64,000 nucleotides of DNA from Planctomycetota bacterium (GCA_039820945.1 JBCBPC010000014.1:2182-66181), one strand, 5' to 3'; positions 37,782 to 48,300 are shown, numbered from the stretch's first letter. The notes: a model not told the origin generated them from the sequence alone. Numbers and translations: made by a program.

Positions 37782-37957
37782 GGGAGACGGGGAGATAGGT
37801 GGGGATCAGGAGATGGCGGTCTTTCGGGACTGACCAGCCGGTGGTCTGTGAGCTTCAAACGGGGATCGGTTTTTTGAAGGGGGATGCTCGGGCCGGGACG
37901 CCATGCGGGATCGGCGACGGGCCGTTGGCTGGCATCCGCCTCATCTCGCCCTCTCCC
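37782..37957 (-). promoter_or_regulatory. intercistronic purine-arm/pyrimidine-arm structured element (copy X)
   Basis: In mRNA sense, GGGAGAGGGCGAGAUGAGGCGG lies 1 nt after the upstream stop codon. CCGCCAUCUCCUGAUCCCCACCUAUCUCCCCGUCUCCC ends 28 nt before AUG 37753. Confidence 0.4.
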
Positions 37958-37958
37958 T

Positions 37959-40742
37959 TCATAGGGTCTCTTCATCGGTGTCCGGCGCCTTGCCGTAACG
38001 CAGGCGCGACTTGGCGACGCCCTCACGCTCGGCCTCGCGTCGGTGGAAGAAGACGAAGAAGGCCAGCAGGATCGGCGGGATCGGCGGCAGCAGCACCGCC
38101 GCGGTCTTGTAGAAGTCCTGCACGCCCCGGACGCGGCCGTCCAGGTCGCGCTCGCTCTGGCGGATCTGGCGGTCGCGTGCCTGCTCGAGCGACTCGATCT
38201 TCACGTCCCGCTCTCGGCTGAGCCGCGCCCGGGTGATGTCGATCAGTTGCTGCTTGGCGACCGTCTGCAGGTCCGTGCGGGCCTCGATCTTCGCGATCTC
38301 TTCTTCGAACTCTCGCCGCACGGCCTCGATCTCTTCGACGGTGTCCTTCTTGAACTTGTCCGCCTCCTTGCTCGCCTCGTTGCGGAAGTCCTCGGTGGCC
38401 TCCTCGATCTTGCTGAGGATGCGGTGCTGACGGGTCCGCTTGCGGACCTCGAGGAACCGACCGTCGTCCGCCAGCGAGTCGAGCACGTTGAGCACGAACG
38501 CCACGTTCTGGAAGTTCCACTGCACGAGCAGGTCGTCGCTGGCGCCCATCTCGCGAATGGCGAAGAACGGGTCGGCCAGGCAGTCGATGTCCGCGACGAC
38601 GATCGCGTTGATGGGCGTCGGCTCGGGCGCCGTGTCGTCGGCGTTGTCCGCCTCGTCTTCTGCGGAGTCGTCCGTGAGCGTCTCGAGCGAGAGCTCGGTC
38701 TGGAGGCTCGCCTCTCCCTGAAGGCGGGCGGCTAGCACGTACTGCTCGCCGGTACGCCGCTGCCGGAGGCCGAAGCCCGCGCGGGCGGCCATCTGGATGT
38801 CGCTGTGCGTGAGCGTGCCGGTGTTGCTGCCGGTGACGGTGAGCGGCGTGAACTCGATGTCGGACGACGTGTCGCCCCGCACGGACCCCGGGAACAGCAT
38901 CAGGATCTGCCGCAGCCCAGCGGTCACCGGGTCGAGCGCCGCGAAAGGCTCCATGGCGCCATTGGCTTCGTCGACGAAGACCCAGGTCGACTCGACCAAG
39001 TCGGCCGCACGCGGGTAGGGGTTGTAGTCTTGCCAGATGATCTCGTCGCCGGTCATTCGGACGCCGATGAGGTTCCAGAGCTGGCTGATGTCGCCCTTGG
39101 GCGCGCCCGGCTGGCCGCCGCCGAACATGCCCATCATGCCGCCGCCCTGCGGCGGGTTGGGCTGCGACGTGCCGACCACGCTCGGCCAGAAGTTGGGGAT
39201 CGGGAACGGGTCCTCGAAGATCGCTGTCGGCTGCCCCGACCGGACCGCGTCGACGAAGTTGTCCATCTCCGCCGGGCCAAGGCTCGACGGCTGCACGGCC
39301 AGCAGCACGTCGTACGTGTCGGTGATCGGGTTGGCCGGGTCGACGTCAACCACGTCGTACTGCTTCTTGAGCTCGGTGATCAGCTGCGTGGGTTCGGTCG
39401 CGCCCTGCATGCTGAAGCCGCCGTTGAGCTCGACGGCGGTCTTCAGCAGCCCCAGCCGCTGCCGCTTCCGCTGGGCAACGGTGGTGATCGAACGCACGAC
39501 CTCGTACTCGACGGGGATGCCCCGATCGATGAACGGCAGCACCACCTTGTCGAGCCCGCAGCTGAAAGCCGCGCCCAGGAAGATCTCTTCCTGCTTGCGG
39601 GCGCCCCGGATGCTGGTGATGACCGTGCGGGGCTCGATGCCGTAGGCCCGTTCGGCGAGCGTGGCCTGCTCGCTGAAGTTCTCGATCTCGTGTTTGGTGA
39701 CGCGGATCTTGCCGCCGCTGGTGGCCGACAGCTCGTCGAGCGTTGAGAGCAGATTGCGTTTCTGTGCGGCGTACTCGGCCGGCACGTTGGGGCTCACGTA
39801 GGCGTCGACCCGAATGGGCGGCACGTCTTCGTCGTCGCCGATGTCCTCGACCAGCTCCATCGTGCTCTCCGAGAGGCTGTTGAGCCCCTCGGTGGTCATG
39901 TCGGCCCGGGCGTCGTGGTTGGTGAGGAACACGTTCGCCGCGCCGATGATCGCCAGCAGGCAGAGCGCCCGGACGAAGTAGTGGGCGCCCTTGGTCTCGC
40001 CCTCGTCGCCGCCGGCCCAGTGCCGTTTGCTGATGAGCACCATGCTCACGTACAGCATGACGGCCGCGATGCTGAGGAAATACACGACGCTCGATACGCT
40101 AACGACGCCGCGCTCGAAGTCCGTGAACTGCTCCAGCGCGCTCCATTGGCGGACGACCTGCGCCGTCGCCGGGTTCTTGAAGATCAGGTCCGCTACGCCG
40201 AACAACGCGAGCGGGGCGTTGAACACCATGCCCAGGATGAAGCCCACGGTCAGGTTGCTCGTCAGGAACGACGCCACCATGCCGATCGACAGCATCGCGA
40301 TGCCGACGAACCAGTACCCGAGGTACGAGCCGACGAAGAGCCCCGCGTCCGGCGAGCCGAGGCCCCACGAGAACACAAGGAAGATCGAGAACATCGAGAA
40401 GAGCAGGGCGACCGTGTAGATCGCCACGCCGGCGAGGAACTTACCCAGCACAACGTCGAAGTCGGTCGCGGGCAGCGTGAGCAGCAGCTCGTCGGTGCCC
40501 TGGCGCCGCTCCTCGGCCCAGATGCTCATCGAGATCGCCGGGATGAACACCAGCAGGATGAACGGCATCCAGCCGGAGAGCTGGTCGAGGTTCGCCAGGT
40601 TGTTGCCGAAGAACGCGGGTGGCCAGAACGCCGCCAGCGAGCTCAGCATGACGAACACGCAGATGAAGACGTACCCGGTCGGGTTCGAGAAGTAGCTGAC
40701 AAAGTCGCGACGAAAGATCGCGCCAAGAACAGTCGGGTTCAT
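37959..40742 (-). CDS. fused ABC-2 permease (GldF-like) / GldG-like auxiliary protein
   Basis: N-terminal MNPTVLGAIFRRDFVSYFSNPTGYVFICVF with six TM segments. Then a large soluble domain, a coiled-coil segment and a C-terminal TM. Confidence 0.8.
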   Translation of the reverse strand: MNPTVLGAIFRRDFVSYFSNPTGYVFICVFVMLSSLAAFWPPAFFGNNLANLDQLSGWMPFILLVFIPAISMSIWAEERRQGTDELLLTLPATDFDVVLGKFLAGVAIYTVALLFSMFSIFLVFSWGLGSPDAGLFVGSYLGYWFVGIAMLSIGMVASFLTSNLTVGFILGMVFNAPLALFGVADLIFKNPATAQVVRQWSALEQFTDFERGVVSVSSVVYFLSIAAVMLYVSMVLISKRHWAGGDEGETKGAHYFVRALCLLAIIGAANVFLTNHDARADMTTEGLNSLSESTMELVEDIGDDEDVPPIRVDAYVSPNVPAEYAAQKRNLLSTLDELSATSGGKIRVTKHEIENFSEQATLAERAYGIEPRTVITSIRGARKQEEIFLGAAFSCGLDKVVLPFIDRGIPVEYEVVRSITTVAQRKRQRLGLLKTAVELNGGFSMQGATEPTQLITELKKQYDVVDVDPANPITDTYDVLLAVQPSSLGPAEMDNFVDAVRSGQPTAIFEDPFPIPNFWPSVVGTSQPNPPQGGGMMGMFGGGQPGAPKGDISQLWNLIGVRMTGDEIIWQDYNPYPRAADLVESTWVFVDEANGAMEPFAALDPVTAGLRQILMLFPGSVRGDTSSDIEFTPLTVTGSNTGTLTHSDIQMAARAGFGLRQRRTGEQYVLAARLQGEASLQTELSLETLTDDSAEDEADNADDTAPEPTPINAIVVADIDCLADPFFAIREMGASDDLLVQWNFQNVAFVLNVLDSLADDGRFLEVRKRTRQHRILSKIEEATEDFRNEASKEADKFKKDTVEEIEAVRREFEEEIAKIEARTDLQTVAKQQLIDITRARLSRERDVKIESLEQARDRQIRQSERDLDGRVRGVQDFYKTAAVLLPPIPPILLAFFVFFHRREAEREGVAKSRLRYGKAPDTDEETL

Positions 40743-40778
40743 GGGAGAGATGTTTCCGCCGTTTGAGTGGTGGGTTTA

Positions 40779-40945
40779 GGTGGGGAGATAGGGGGGGTGA
40801 GGGGATGGGGTGGTGGCGGCTTTTCGGGGTCGACCGGTTCTTGTCCGCGTGGCTGTCAGGAGTCGCTCAGACGACTGACGGCTCTACGGAGAGCGCCCCG
40901 CGAGTTGCCATCTCAACTTTTCCAACCCTCCCAACATCTTTCCTT
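40779..40945 (-). promoter_or_regulatory. intercistronic purine-arm/pyrimidine-arm structured element (copy Y)
   Basis: Plus-strand G-rich arm 40779-40819 (ggtggggagatagggggggtgaggggatggggtggtggcgg). C-rich arm 40908-40945. Same placement as copy X, between a stop codon and the next start. Confidence 0.35.
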
Positions 40946-40964
40946 CATCGGCGCTGCCGACCGG

Positions 40965-41729
40965 TCAGATGGCGGCGCCGGTGAGTAGGTGGAACTTCTC
41001 GTCCAGGTGATCGACGCCATCTCCCAGCGTTTGCGGCGTGCCGTCGAACACCACGCGGCCCTCGTTGATGAAGACGACGCGGTTACACATCGCCTCGACC
41101 TCTTGCAGGATGTGCGTGCTCAGCAGCACGGTCTTCGTCTCGCCCAGCTCGCGGATGAGCTTCCGCACCTCGCGGATCTGGTTCGGGTCGAGGCCCGCCG
41201 TGGGCTCGTCGAGGATCAGGACGTCCGGCTCGTGAAGCAGCACCTGCGCCATGCCGACGCGTTGGCGGTAGCCCTTGCTGAGCTTGCCGATCGGCTTGCC
41301 GATGACCGCTTCTAGACGGCACTGGTCGATGACGCGATCGGTGGCATTGCGCAGTGCCGCGCCGTTCATGCCGCGGGCCTCGCCGAAGAACCGCAGCAGG
41401 CTGCGGGGGCTCATGTCCGCGTACAGCGGGCCGTTCTCCGGCAGGTAGCCGAGCCGCTTGGAGGCCTCGATGCGGTCGCTCGACACGTTGTGCCCGGCGA
41501 TCCGCGCCGACCCGGCCGAGGGGGCCAGGTAGCCGGTCAGCAGCTTCATCGTGGTGCTCTTGCCGGCGCCGTTCGGGCCCAGGAACGCCGCGACCTCGCC
41601 CTCGCGGATCGTGAAGGTCACGTCTCGCGTCGCGGCGAAGTCGCCGTAGAACTTCGAGAGCCCGTCGGCCTCGATCATCGGCCGCTCGGAGGCCGCTGCC
41701 GGGGGGCTGGTAGTTGAGGAGTCACTCAT
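40965..41729 (-). CDS. ABC transporter ATP-binding protein (GldA-like)
   Basis: GPNGAGKSTTMKLL, LSKGYRQRVGMA, ILDEPTAGLD. Confidence 0.9.
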   Translation of the reverse strand: MSDSSTTSPPAAASERPMIEADGLSKFYGDFAATRDVTFTIREGEVAAFLGPNGAGKSTTMKLLTGYLAPSAGSARIAGHNVSSDRIEASKRLGYLPENGPLYADMSPRSLLRFFGEARGMNGAALRNATDRVIDQCRLEAVIGKPIGKLSKGYRQRVGMAQVLLHEPDVLILDEPTAGLDPNQIREVRKLIRELGETKTVLLSTHILQEVEAMCNRVVFINEGRVVFDGTPQTLGDGVDHLDEKFHLLTGAAI

Positions 41730-41927
41730 CCGATTTGCTTTGGCGCCCAGGACTTACTTCGTGTCGGTCACGCTTTGCGAAGCCAGAAAACGTACCGGCT
41801 TCCCGCTCATTTTGTCTATCCCGCTCGGCTTGCCCGACAAGCCCAACAGGACCGTTCGACAGCCGCTACGCGGCGAGCGGAGGAAGGGTTCGCCGGCGTC
41901 GGACCGACGAGCACAAGTGGTCGCCCA

Positions 41928-43589
41928 CTAGGCGCCGACGAGCTCGGTTACCAGGCCCGACTCCGACCGGCGAGATCGCACTCGCTGACGGGCGAAGGCG
42001 TCGATCGACTTGGGGAAGTCGGTCCGCAGATGCACCCCGCGAGACTCTTCTCGGGCAAGGGCGGCGCGGATTACCAGCTCGGCGACCTCGATCAGGTTCT
42101 GCAGTTCCCAGCCTGCGGGCGTGGTCAGCTGCCGGCTCAGCACGTAGGACCGCCACTGGTGGATGCTGGAAAGCGCCTCGGACAGCCGCTCTGCGTCGCG
42201 CCACACGCCGGCCGATCGCCACAGCAGGCTCTGCAGCGAGTTGCGGATATCTTCCAGGTCCAGCGGCTCATGCTCGGCGGTGTCGGCGGCGTGTTCCAGT
42301 GGGATCGCGTGAAACGAATCGGGCTCGGCGGCCGCCGCCGCAGCGGCCGCGGCACCGGCCCGCCCGCCGTAGACCAGGCCCTCCAACAGGCTGTTCGACG
42401 CCAAGCGATTGGCGCCGTGCAGGCCGCTGCTGGTCACCTCGCCGGCCGCCCACAAACGGGGAACGCTCGTGGCGCCCCGATCATCGACCCGCACGCCGCC
42501 GATCATGTAGTGGGCTCCGGGACGCACCGGGATCCGGTCGGCCGTGATGTCGATGCCGAACTCGCCGCACATCCGCGTGATGCCCGGGAACCGCTCGCGG
42601 ACATGCGACGCTTCGAGGTGCGTCAGGTCGAGATAAACGCACGAGTGACGCGTCTCTTCCATCTGCTGCACGATCGCCTGGCTCACCACGTCCCGCGGCG
42701 CCAGCTCGCCGCGTTCGTCGTGGTCCGGCATGAAACGATGGCCCGTGTTGTCGACCAGCCATGCGCCCTCGCCACGCACGGCCTCAGTGATGAGGCTTCG
42801 GCTGCTGCCCGCGATGTACAGCACCGTGGGGTGGAACTGCATGAACTCCATGTCCGCCAGCTCAGCGCCGGCGCGGTACGCGATCGCGTGGCCATCGCCG
42901 GTGGCGACCGGCGGGTTGGTCGTCTCGCGGTACAGCTGCCCGGCGCCGCCCGTCGCGAGGATCGTCTGCTTCGCCCAAACGAATGTCTTGCCGTGCTCGG
43001 CGTTCCACACGAGGGCGCCGCGGCACTCGTGCCGGTCCGCTTCGCCGGGGACCGTGAGCAGGTCGATCGTGAACGTGTTCTCCCAGATCTGCGCGGCGAG
43101 CTTCTCGCGAGCGTACCGCCGCATGGCTCGCATGATCTCGCGGCCGGTGGCGTCGCCGAAGGCGTGCGCGATGCGGTGGTGGCTGTGCCCGCCCTCGCGG
43201 CCGAGGCGCAGCTCGCCGTCGTCGGCCAGATCGAACCGGGTGCCCCACTCGATCAGGTCGCGGATGTGCCGCGGCGCCTCGTGGACGACTGACTCGACCA
43301 CCTGGCGATCGCACAGCCCGCCGCCGGCGACGAGCGTGTCTCGGACGTGGTTCTCAAATTCGTCCTCCGGCGCCATCACGCCGGCGATGCCGCCCTGGGC
43401 GTACGCGCTGCTGGATTCCCGCAGTGCATCCTTGGTGACGATCAGCACGCTCAGCGCGGGGTCGGCCTCCATCGCCGCACGCAACCCCGCCACGCCGCCG
43501 CCGATCACCAATAGGTCAACGAAGTGGTGCGGGATCCGCTTCGGTTGGAACGGGACGAGATATCTTGGCGAGGGGGGACGCCCCGTCAT
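41928..43589 (-). CDS. nadB: L-aspartate oxidase
   Basis: DLLVIGGGVAGLRAAM, SSSAYAQGGIAGV, HSHHRIAH, MQFHPT, YMIGGVRVD, ANRLASNSLLEGLV. Confidence 0.9.
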   Translation of the reverse strand: MTGRPPSPRYLVPFQPKRIPHHFVDLLVIGGGVAGLRAAMEADPALSVLIVTKDALRESSSAYAQGGIAGVMAPEDEFENHVRDTLVAGGGLCDRQVVESVVHEAPRHIRDLIEWGTRFDLADDGELRLGREGGHSHHRIAHAFGDATGREIMRAMRRYAREKLAAQIWENTFTIDLLTVPGEADRHECRGALVWNAEHGKTFVWAKQTILATGGAGQLYRETTNPPVATGDGHAIAYRAGAELADMEFMQFHPTVLYIAGSSRSLITEAVRGEGAWLVDNTGHRFMPDHDERGELAPRDVVSQAIVQQMEETRHSCVYLDLTHLEASHVRERFPGITRMCGEFGIDITADRIPVRPGAHYMIGGVRVDDRGATSVPRLWAAGEVTSSGLHGANRLASNSLLEGLVYGGRAGAAAAAAAAAEPDSFHAIPLEHAADTAEHEPLDLEDIRNSLQSLLWRSAGVWRDAERLSEALSSIHQWRSYVLSRQLTTPAGWELQNLIEVAELVIRAALAREESRGVHLRTDFPKSIDAFARQRVRSRRSESGLVTELVGA

Positions 43590-43856
43590 CGTGCGTGCCT
43601 GGTTCGAGCCGGAATCACCGGGAAGCGGGGAGAGACGCTACCGGCCGCCGCGTGACGACCGTGCCACCCACTCTAGACCCACCCGCGGGCGGGGGCGAGC
43701 GGCCGGCGTGGCGCCCGCTGGCGTGACGTTCGATTGTGCTGGCTGAATCGTTTAGACGCACGACTAATACGTGCTTCCGAAAGCAGCGGTTGGCTATAGT
43801 GAATCTGCCGGCGTGAGAGGCAAGCGGCGCCGCCTTTTCGGAACAGAAGGTCGAGG

Positions 43857-45359
43857 TTGGCATCGATGAATGCGCAGTGCGCTAAGAGCTGGTTCTACGC
43901 GATCACCGCAGGCAGCATGCGTCGCTCGTTCGCGACCGCGACTGCTGTGCTGTTCGTCAGCAACGTCGCCGCGTTGTCGCTTTACCAAGTCGGCAACAGC
44001 TTCACGCTCGACACGCTGCAGGGGGGCACCGAGGCGATGCTCGAGCAGCGGCTCGGGGTCGATGTGTCAATCGGCTACCACGCCCGCGGCAACTCGACGC
44101 TCGACCGGATGTGGAACGATCCGACGGCGTCGGGCACCGTCATCACGGAGCAGTACGGCTACCACGACGAAGCCCTGCCGAACAATTCGTGGGACTACCT
44201 CACGCTACAAACGTTTCCGTCGATCGAGTTCCCGACGCTGTCCACGGAGGTCGCGCGGATCCAAGACTTCGTCGGCGCCGCGGACGTCGGCTCCGGTGGA
44301 ACGACCGAGGTCATCGTCTACGGCCCGTGGGCGGGACGCGCTGACTCGGCCTGGAACCTTTGGGAGAGCGACGTCCTGGACAGCCCCGACCAGCTGTCGA
44401 TCTACGCCGAAGACTATCACGACCTGCTCTACGACAGCGTCGCCGAACTCTTCCCCGGCCGCACGCGGCTCGCCAGCGCCGGCAAGGTCATCTGGGAGAT
44501 GCGGCAACGCATCGATGCGGGCGACGCGCCGCTGAGCTTCACGGGTGAATTGTACCGCGACACGATCCACATGAGCCGCGACGTCGGTCGCTTCGTCGCC
44601 TCGACTGTGATTCAGACTTCCATCCTCGGCCGCTCGCAAGTCGGACAAAACGTAACGCGCGATGTCGGCAATTGGGACTCGGATCGACTGACCACCGAGG
44701 TCGCCAACTGGATCCAGCTCGTCACCTGGGAGGTCATGCTCGCCGACCCGCGGTCGCGGGTCGCCGCCCCGGATCCGGGCGACTACGACGGCAACGGGAC
44801 GGTCGACTTCGGCGACCTGCTGGTGTTCGAGTCGACCTACGGATCGACCGAGCGGCTGCTCGCCGACGGCGACGGCGACGGCGTGGTCGATCTGGGAGAC
44901 TTTTTTGTTTGGGAAGCCGCGGCGCCGATCGTCGCGCCCGAAGGCCGGGGTGACTACGACGGCAACGGCCGCGTCGACTACCACGACATCGCGTTGCTCG
45001 AGCAGACTTTCGGTTCGATCACCGAGCTCGACGCGGACGGCAACGGCGACGGCGTCATCGACTTGGCCGACTACAACGCATGGCGCGACAGCCTGGCGCG
45101 CCTGGGCGACTACAACGGCAATCACCTCGTTGAGTTCTCGGACTACGACGTCTTCGCGGGCACGTTCGGTTCGAGCGAGTTCCTGCTGGCCGACGGGAAC
45201 CTGGACGGGGTGGTCGATATCGCCGACTACACGGTGTGGCGCGACCGCGTGCTGCCCGGCTTGCAAGACGTTGGCCCCACGGCGATCCCCGAGCCCGCGG
45301 CTTTGCTCCTGGCGGCTGTCGGAGGCCTCGTCGGCGTCGGCCGTCGCTCAGTCGTCTGA
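43857..45359 (+). CDS. SGNH/DUF4886-like hydrolase domain + six dockerin-like repeats + PEP-CTERM anchor
   Basis: LYQVGNSFTLD near the N-terminus and RDTIHMS later. Repeats such as GDYDGNGTVDFGDLLVF and DGDGVVDLGDFFVW. C-terminal IPEPAALLLAAVGGLVGVGRR. Start uncertain (43857, 43866 or 43917). Confidence 0.75.
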   Translation: MASMNAQCAKSWFYAITAGSMRRSFATATAVLFVSNVAALSLYQVGNSFTLDTLQGGTEAMLEQRLGVDVSIGYHARGNSTLDRMWNDPTASGTVITEQYGYHDEALPNNSWDYLTLQTFPSIEFPTLSTEVARIQDFVGAADVGSGGTTEVIVYGPWAGRADSAWNLWESDVLDSPDQLSIYAEDYHDLLYDSVAELFPGRTRLASAGKVIWEMRQRIDAGDAPLSFTGELYRDTIHMSRDVGRFVASTVIQTSILGRSQVGQNVTRDVGNWDSDRLTTEVANWIQLVTWEVMLADPRSRVAAPDPGDYDGNGTVDFGDLLVFESTYGSTERLLADGDGDGVVDLGDFFVWEAAAPIVAPEGRGDYDGNGRVDYHDIALLEQTFGSITELDADGNGDGVIDLADYNAWRDSLARLGDYNGNHLVEFSDYDVFAGTFGSSEFLLADGNLDGVVDIADYTVWRDRVLPGLQDVGPTAIPEPAALLLAAVGGLVGVGRRSVV

Positions 45360-48300
45360 GCCCGTCGCGGCGCCGACACCGCGGTTGTAATACCGCAGCC
45401 GTTCTCGCAGCGCGGGCGGGGCGGGCGTCCGCACGCCCTCGCGTAGGTCTCGCAGCGTGTCGTCTCGTGCTGCCGGGCCGGCGGTTGGCCCGTCGGGACG
45501 CAGGCCGAGGCTACGCAACGCCGAGTCTAGCTCCGCGGCGCCGTCTTGCGATCGGGCGGCCCGCCGCTGACGCCCCCGCCAGCGATCGACGAACCGTCGC
45601 AGGTCCTGCTCGCTCCAGCCGAGTTTGTCGAGCAGTTCTCGATCGGCCTCGCCGTTGGCCAGCTGATCGGCCAGCTTGTCGAGCGTGAGCTCGGTTTGCT
45701 GGCGGGCGTAATCGAGGTTCGCCTCGTCGCCGTCTTCGGCGTCGCTGCCCGTGGCATCGCGTTGTGGCCGGCCGTTGTTTTCTGAGCCGCCCGCTTGTTC
45801 CGAGCTGGGCTGCTGTGAGTCGGACGGATCGCCGGTCTCCGTCCGTTCTTGCCACTCGCCTCGTTGGGCTTCGCCGGCGGGGCGGTCCCCGGTGGATTGA
45901 CCTGTCGGCTGGCCGTCGCCGCGTTGGCCGTCCGCCGCGCCTTGCTCACCGTTGCGGCTTGAATCGCCCGGTTCGCCGTCGCCGCGTTGGTTCGAGCCGT
46001 CCGTCGGCTTGCCGGGTTGGCCTTCACGAGCTGGTTGGCCTTCGCGCTCGGGTGGGCCTTTGCGATCGGCCTGGCCTTCGCCAGCGGGCCGTTGATTCGC
46101 GGAGTCGCCGGCCGCTTCGCTGTTTGCGTCGCCAGCCGAATCGCCCGCCCCGTCCCCGGTCGCATCGTTGCCGTCGCGCGAAGCCGAGCCCTCGCCGGGC
46201 GTGTCGCCGCTCGACTCGCCGGTTTTGCCGTCAGCCGTCTGCTGCCGACCCGGCTGGCCCGAGGTTTCTCCGGCGCCGCGATCGGCCGACTGGCCCGTGC
46301 CACGATCCGCGGCCTGGTTTTCACCGGCCTCGCCCGTGCCCTCGCGTGGGCCGGCGCTCGGGTCGGTCGGTCGTCCCGAGGTGGTGTCGCCGCCCCGGTC
46401 GCTCGTGGCGGAGTCCGATCGCTCACCGCGGCGTCCCTCGCCGTCCGCCGCCGCGCCGCCGTCCCGTTCCGGTGATTCGGGCGTTCCGTCGCGCGGGTTC
46501 ATTCCTTGATCGGCGCCGCCCGGTTGGTTGTCCGGGCGTCCACCTTCCTGGCGATCACCCGCCCCGGGGTCCGCCCCGCTTGGGTCGTCGCTTGGCTGCC
46601 CGTCACGGGGCTGCCCGTCGCCACCATTGTCTGAGCCTTCAGATGCCTGTTGCTGATCGAGGTGCTCGCGAATCCGCTCGAAGGCCTCGGCGTCGTCGCC
46701 GCCGTCGCGGGCGACGGGCGACTCCGAGCCGGCGCCGTCGCCGGGCTCACCGCCGCCGGGCTCACCGCCGCCACTCTCGTCCTCGCCAAGCTCCGATGGA
46801 CCGCCCGCGTTGTCGCCGCCGCGATCGTTGGATCGCGAACCACTCGAGCCGTCCGGCCGTTGTTGGCCCGGCTCGGCCTGGGAGTCTCCGCCCTGCGAAC
46901 CCTGCGAACCACCCTGCGACGGCGGCCCGTTCTGCGATCCGTCGCTCGACTGGTCGGACGACTGGCCGGCGCCTCCGGGTTGTTCGTTCTCGCCGTCTTC
47001 GCCGTTGCCTCCGGGGCCCTGCATGCCGCCGGGCTGTCCCTGCGAGTCGCCGCCTTCTTCACTGGGCTCTTCCTCGTCGTTCTCCGAGGGGCGGGTCGTC
47101 TGCGGTTCGGATTGCTCACCGGCGCCGGACTGCGATGGCTCAGGCTGGCGTTGCCCTGGCTCTGGTTGACCGCTCGGAGCGTTCGGCTTGCCGCCGGCGT
47201 CGCCTTGGTCTGACTCACCGTCGCCGCGGTCATTCGCTGGCGATTCGTTATCGCCTTGCTGCTGTTGTCCGGCATCGTCGGGTCGGCCATCGGCTCCAGG
47301 GTCGGGCTGCCCACCTTCTGGTCTCGGGTCCTCATCGGCGACCACGAGTTGCTTCGTCGGAGACTCGACGACGTTGGCCTGCGGCGTGCGGTTGTCGGCG
47401 GCGACGAACCGATAGTCGAGCACGTCGCCAGGCCGCAGCCCCAGCTCACGCGGCGTGCGAACAAGCGTCCGCTCCACCGGCCCTTCGGAGTTGGCTTCCA
47501 GCAAGTCCTCCCACACGCGCGATCGCCCCCCGACATCGCCGAGCAAACGTAGCTTCGAGAGCGCGAAGTCGGGGTCGCGGGCCGACACGCGGAACTCAAC
47601 CGGGGCGTCCATTCCAACGGTGAGCCGCGGACTCTCGGGCGCGATGAGCCGCACCTCCGGCCGCAGGTCGGCGATCGTCTCAACGCGGTAGACCGGCGGA
47701 TCGGCGTTGGCCTGGCCGTCGATGGCGCTGAAGCGGAGCACGTAGCTCGACGTCTCGCGCATCGCGTCGCTGGAACGCTTCAGCGTCCAGCCACCGGTGG
47801 CCGTTGGGCCATCGACCTGCATGCGGACGTCGGGCGTGCCGTCGGCGCCCCGATCGATCTGCGCCGCGTCGATGGGCAGGTTCGCCTCGGCCCGCACGGT
47901 GACTCGTGTGCCCTCGATCGCGCGGATGTCGCCGCCGCCGTCGATCGTGGTGTCGAGGTACCCGGTGTACGCCGGGTAGTCGTATTGAATAGCGACCGGC
48001 GCGATGGTCGGCGCCGCGGCGACACGCAGCTCGAACGCCTCGGTCCGCGCGTCGCCCGCCTCGAGGCGGTACGTCACGTCGCTCTGCAGGCCGAGCAACG
48101 CCTCGGCGCTGGAGCCGGCCGGTAATCGTGCCGAGAAGCGCACGCCGCTCTCGCCGGCCCGCATCGTGAGCCGCTCGTCACGCAGCCGGCCATCGCCGGT
48201 GGTGTACACAAGCTCCACCGGCTCGTCGGTCTCAAGCCCCAGCACCCGGGCGGTGATCTCGACCGTCTCGCCCTGGCTGACTTCCAAATTGCCAGGCGTG

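Noticed and set aside
45720-47350. Possible CRISPR-like or tandem-repeat array
   Set aside because: The repetitiveness is short, degenerate and in-frame within a continuous ORF. There are no regular direct repeats with unique spacers.
45764-47623. 619-aa plus-strand ORF and several other long ORFs in 45.5-47.7 kb
   Set aside because: These are by-products of the extreme compositional bias of the low-complexity region of the large minus-strand gene. They are Arg/Pro-rich nonsense.
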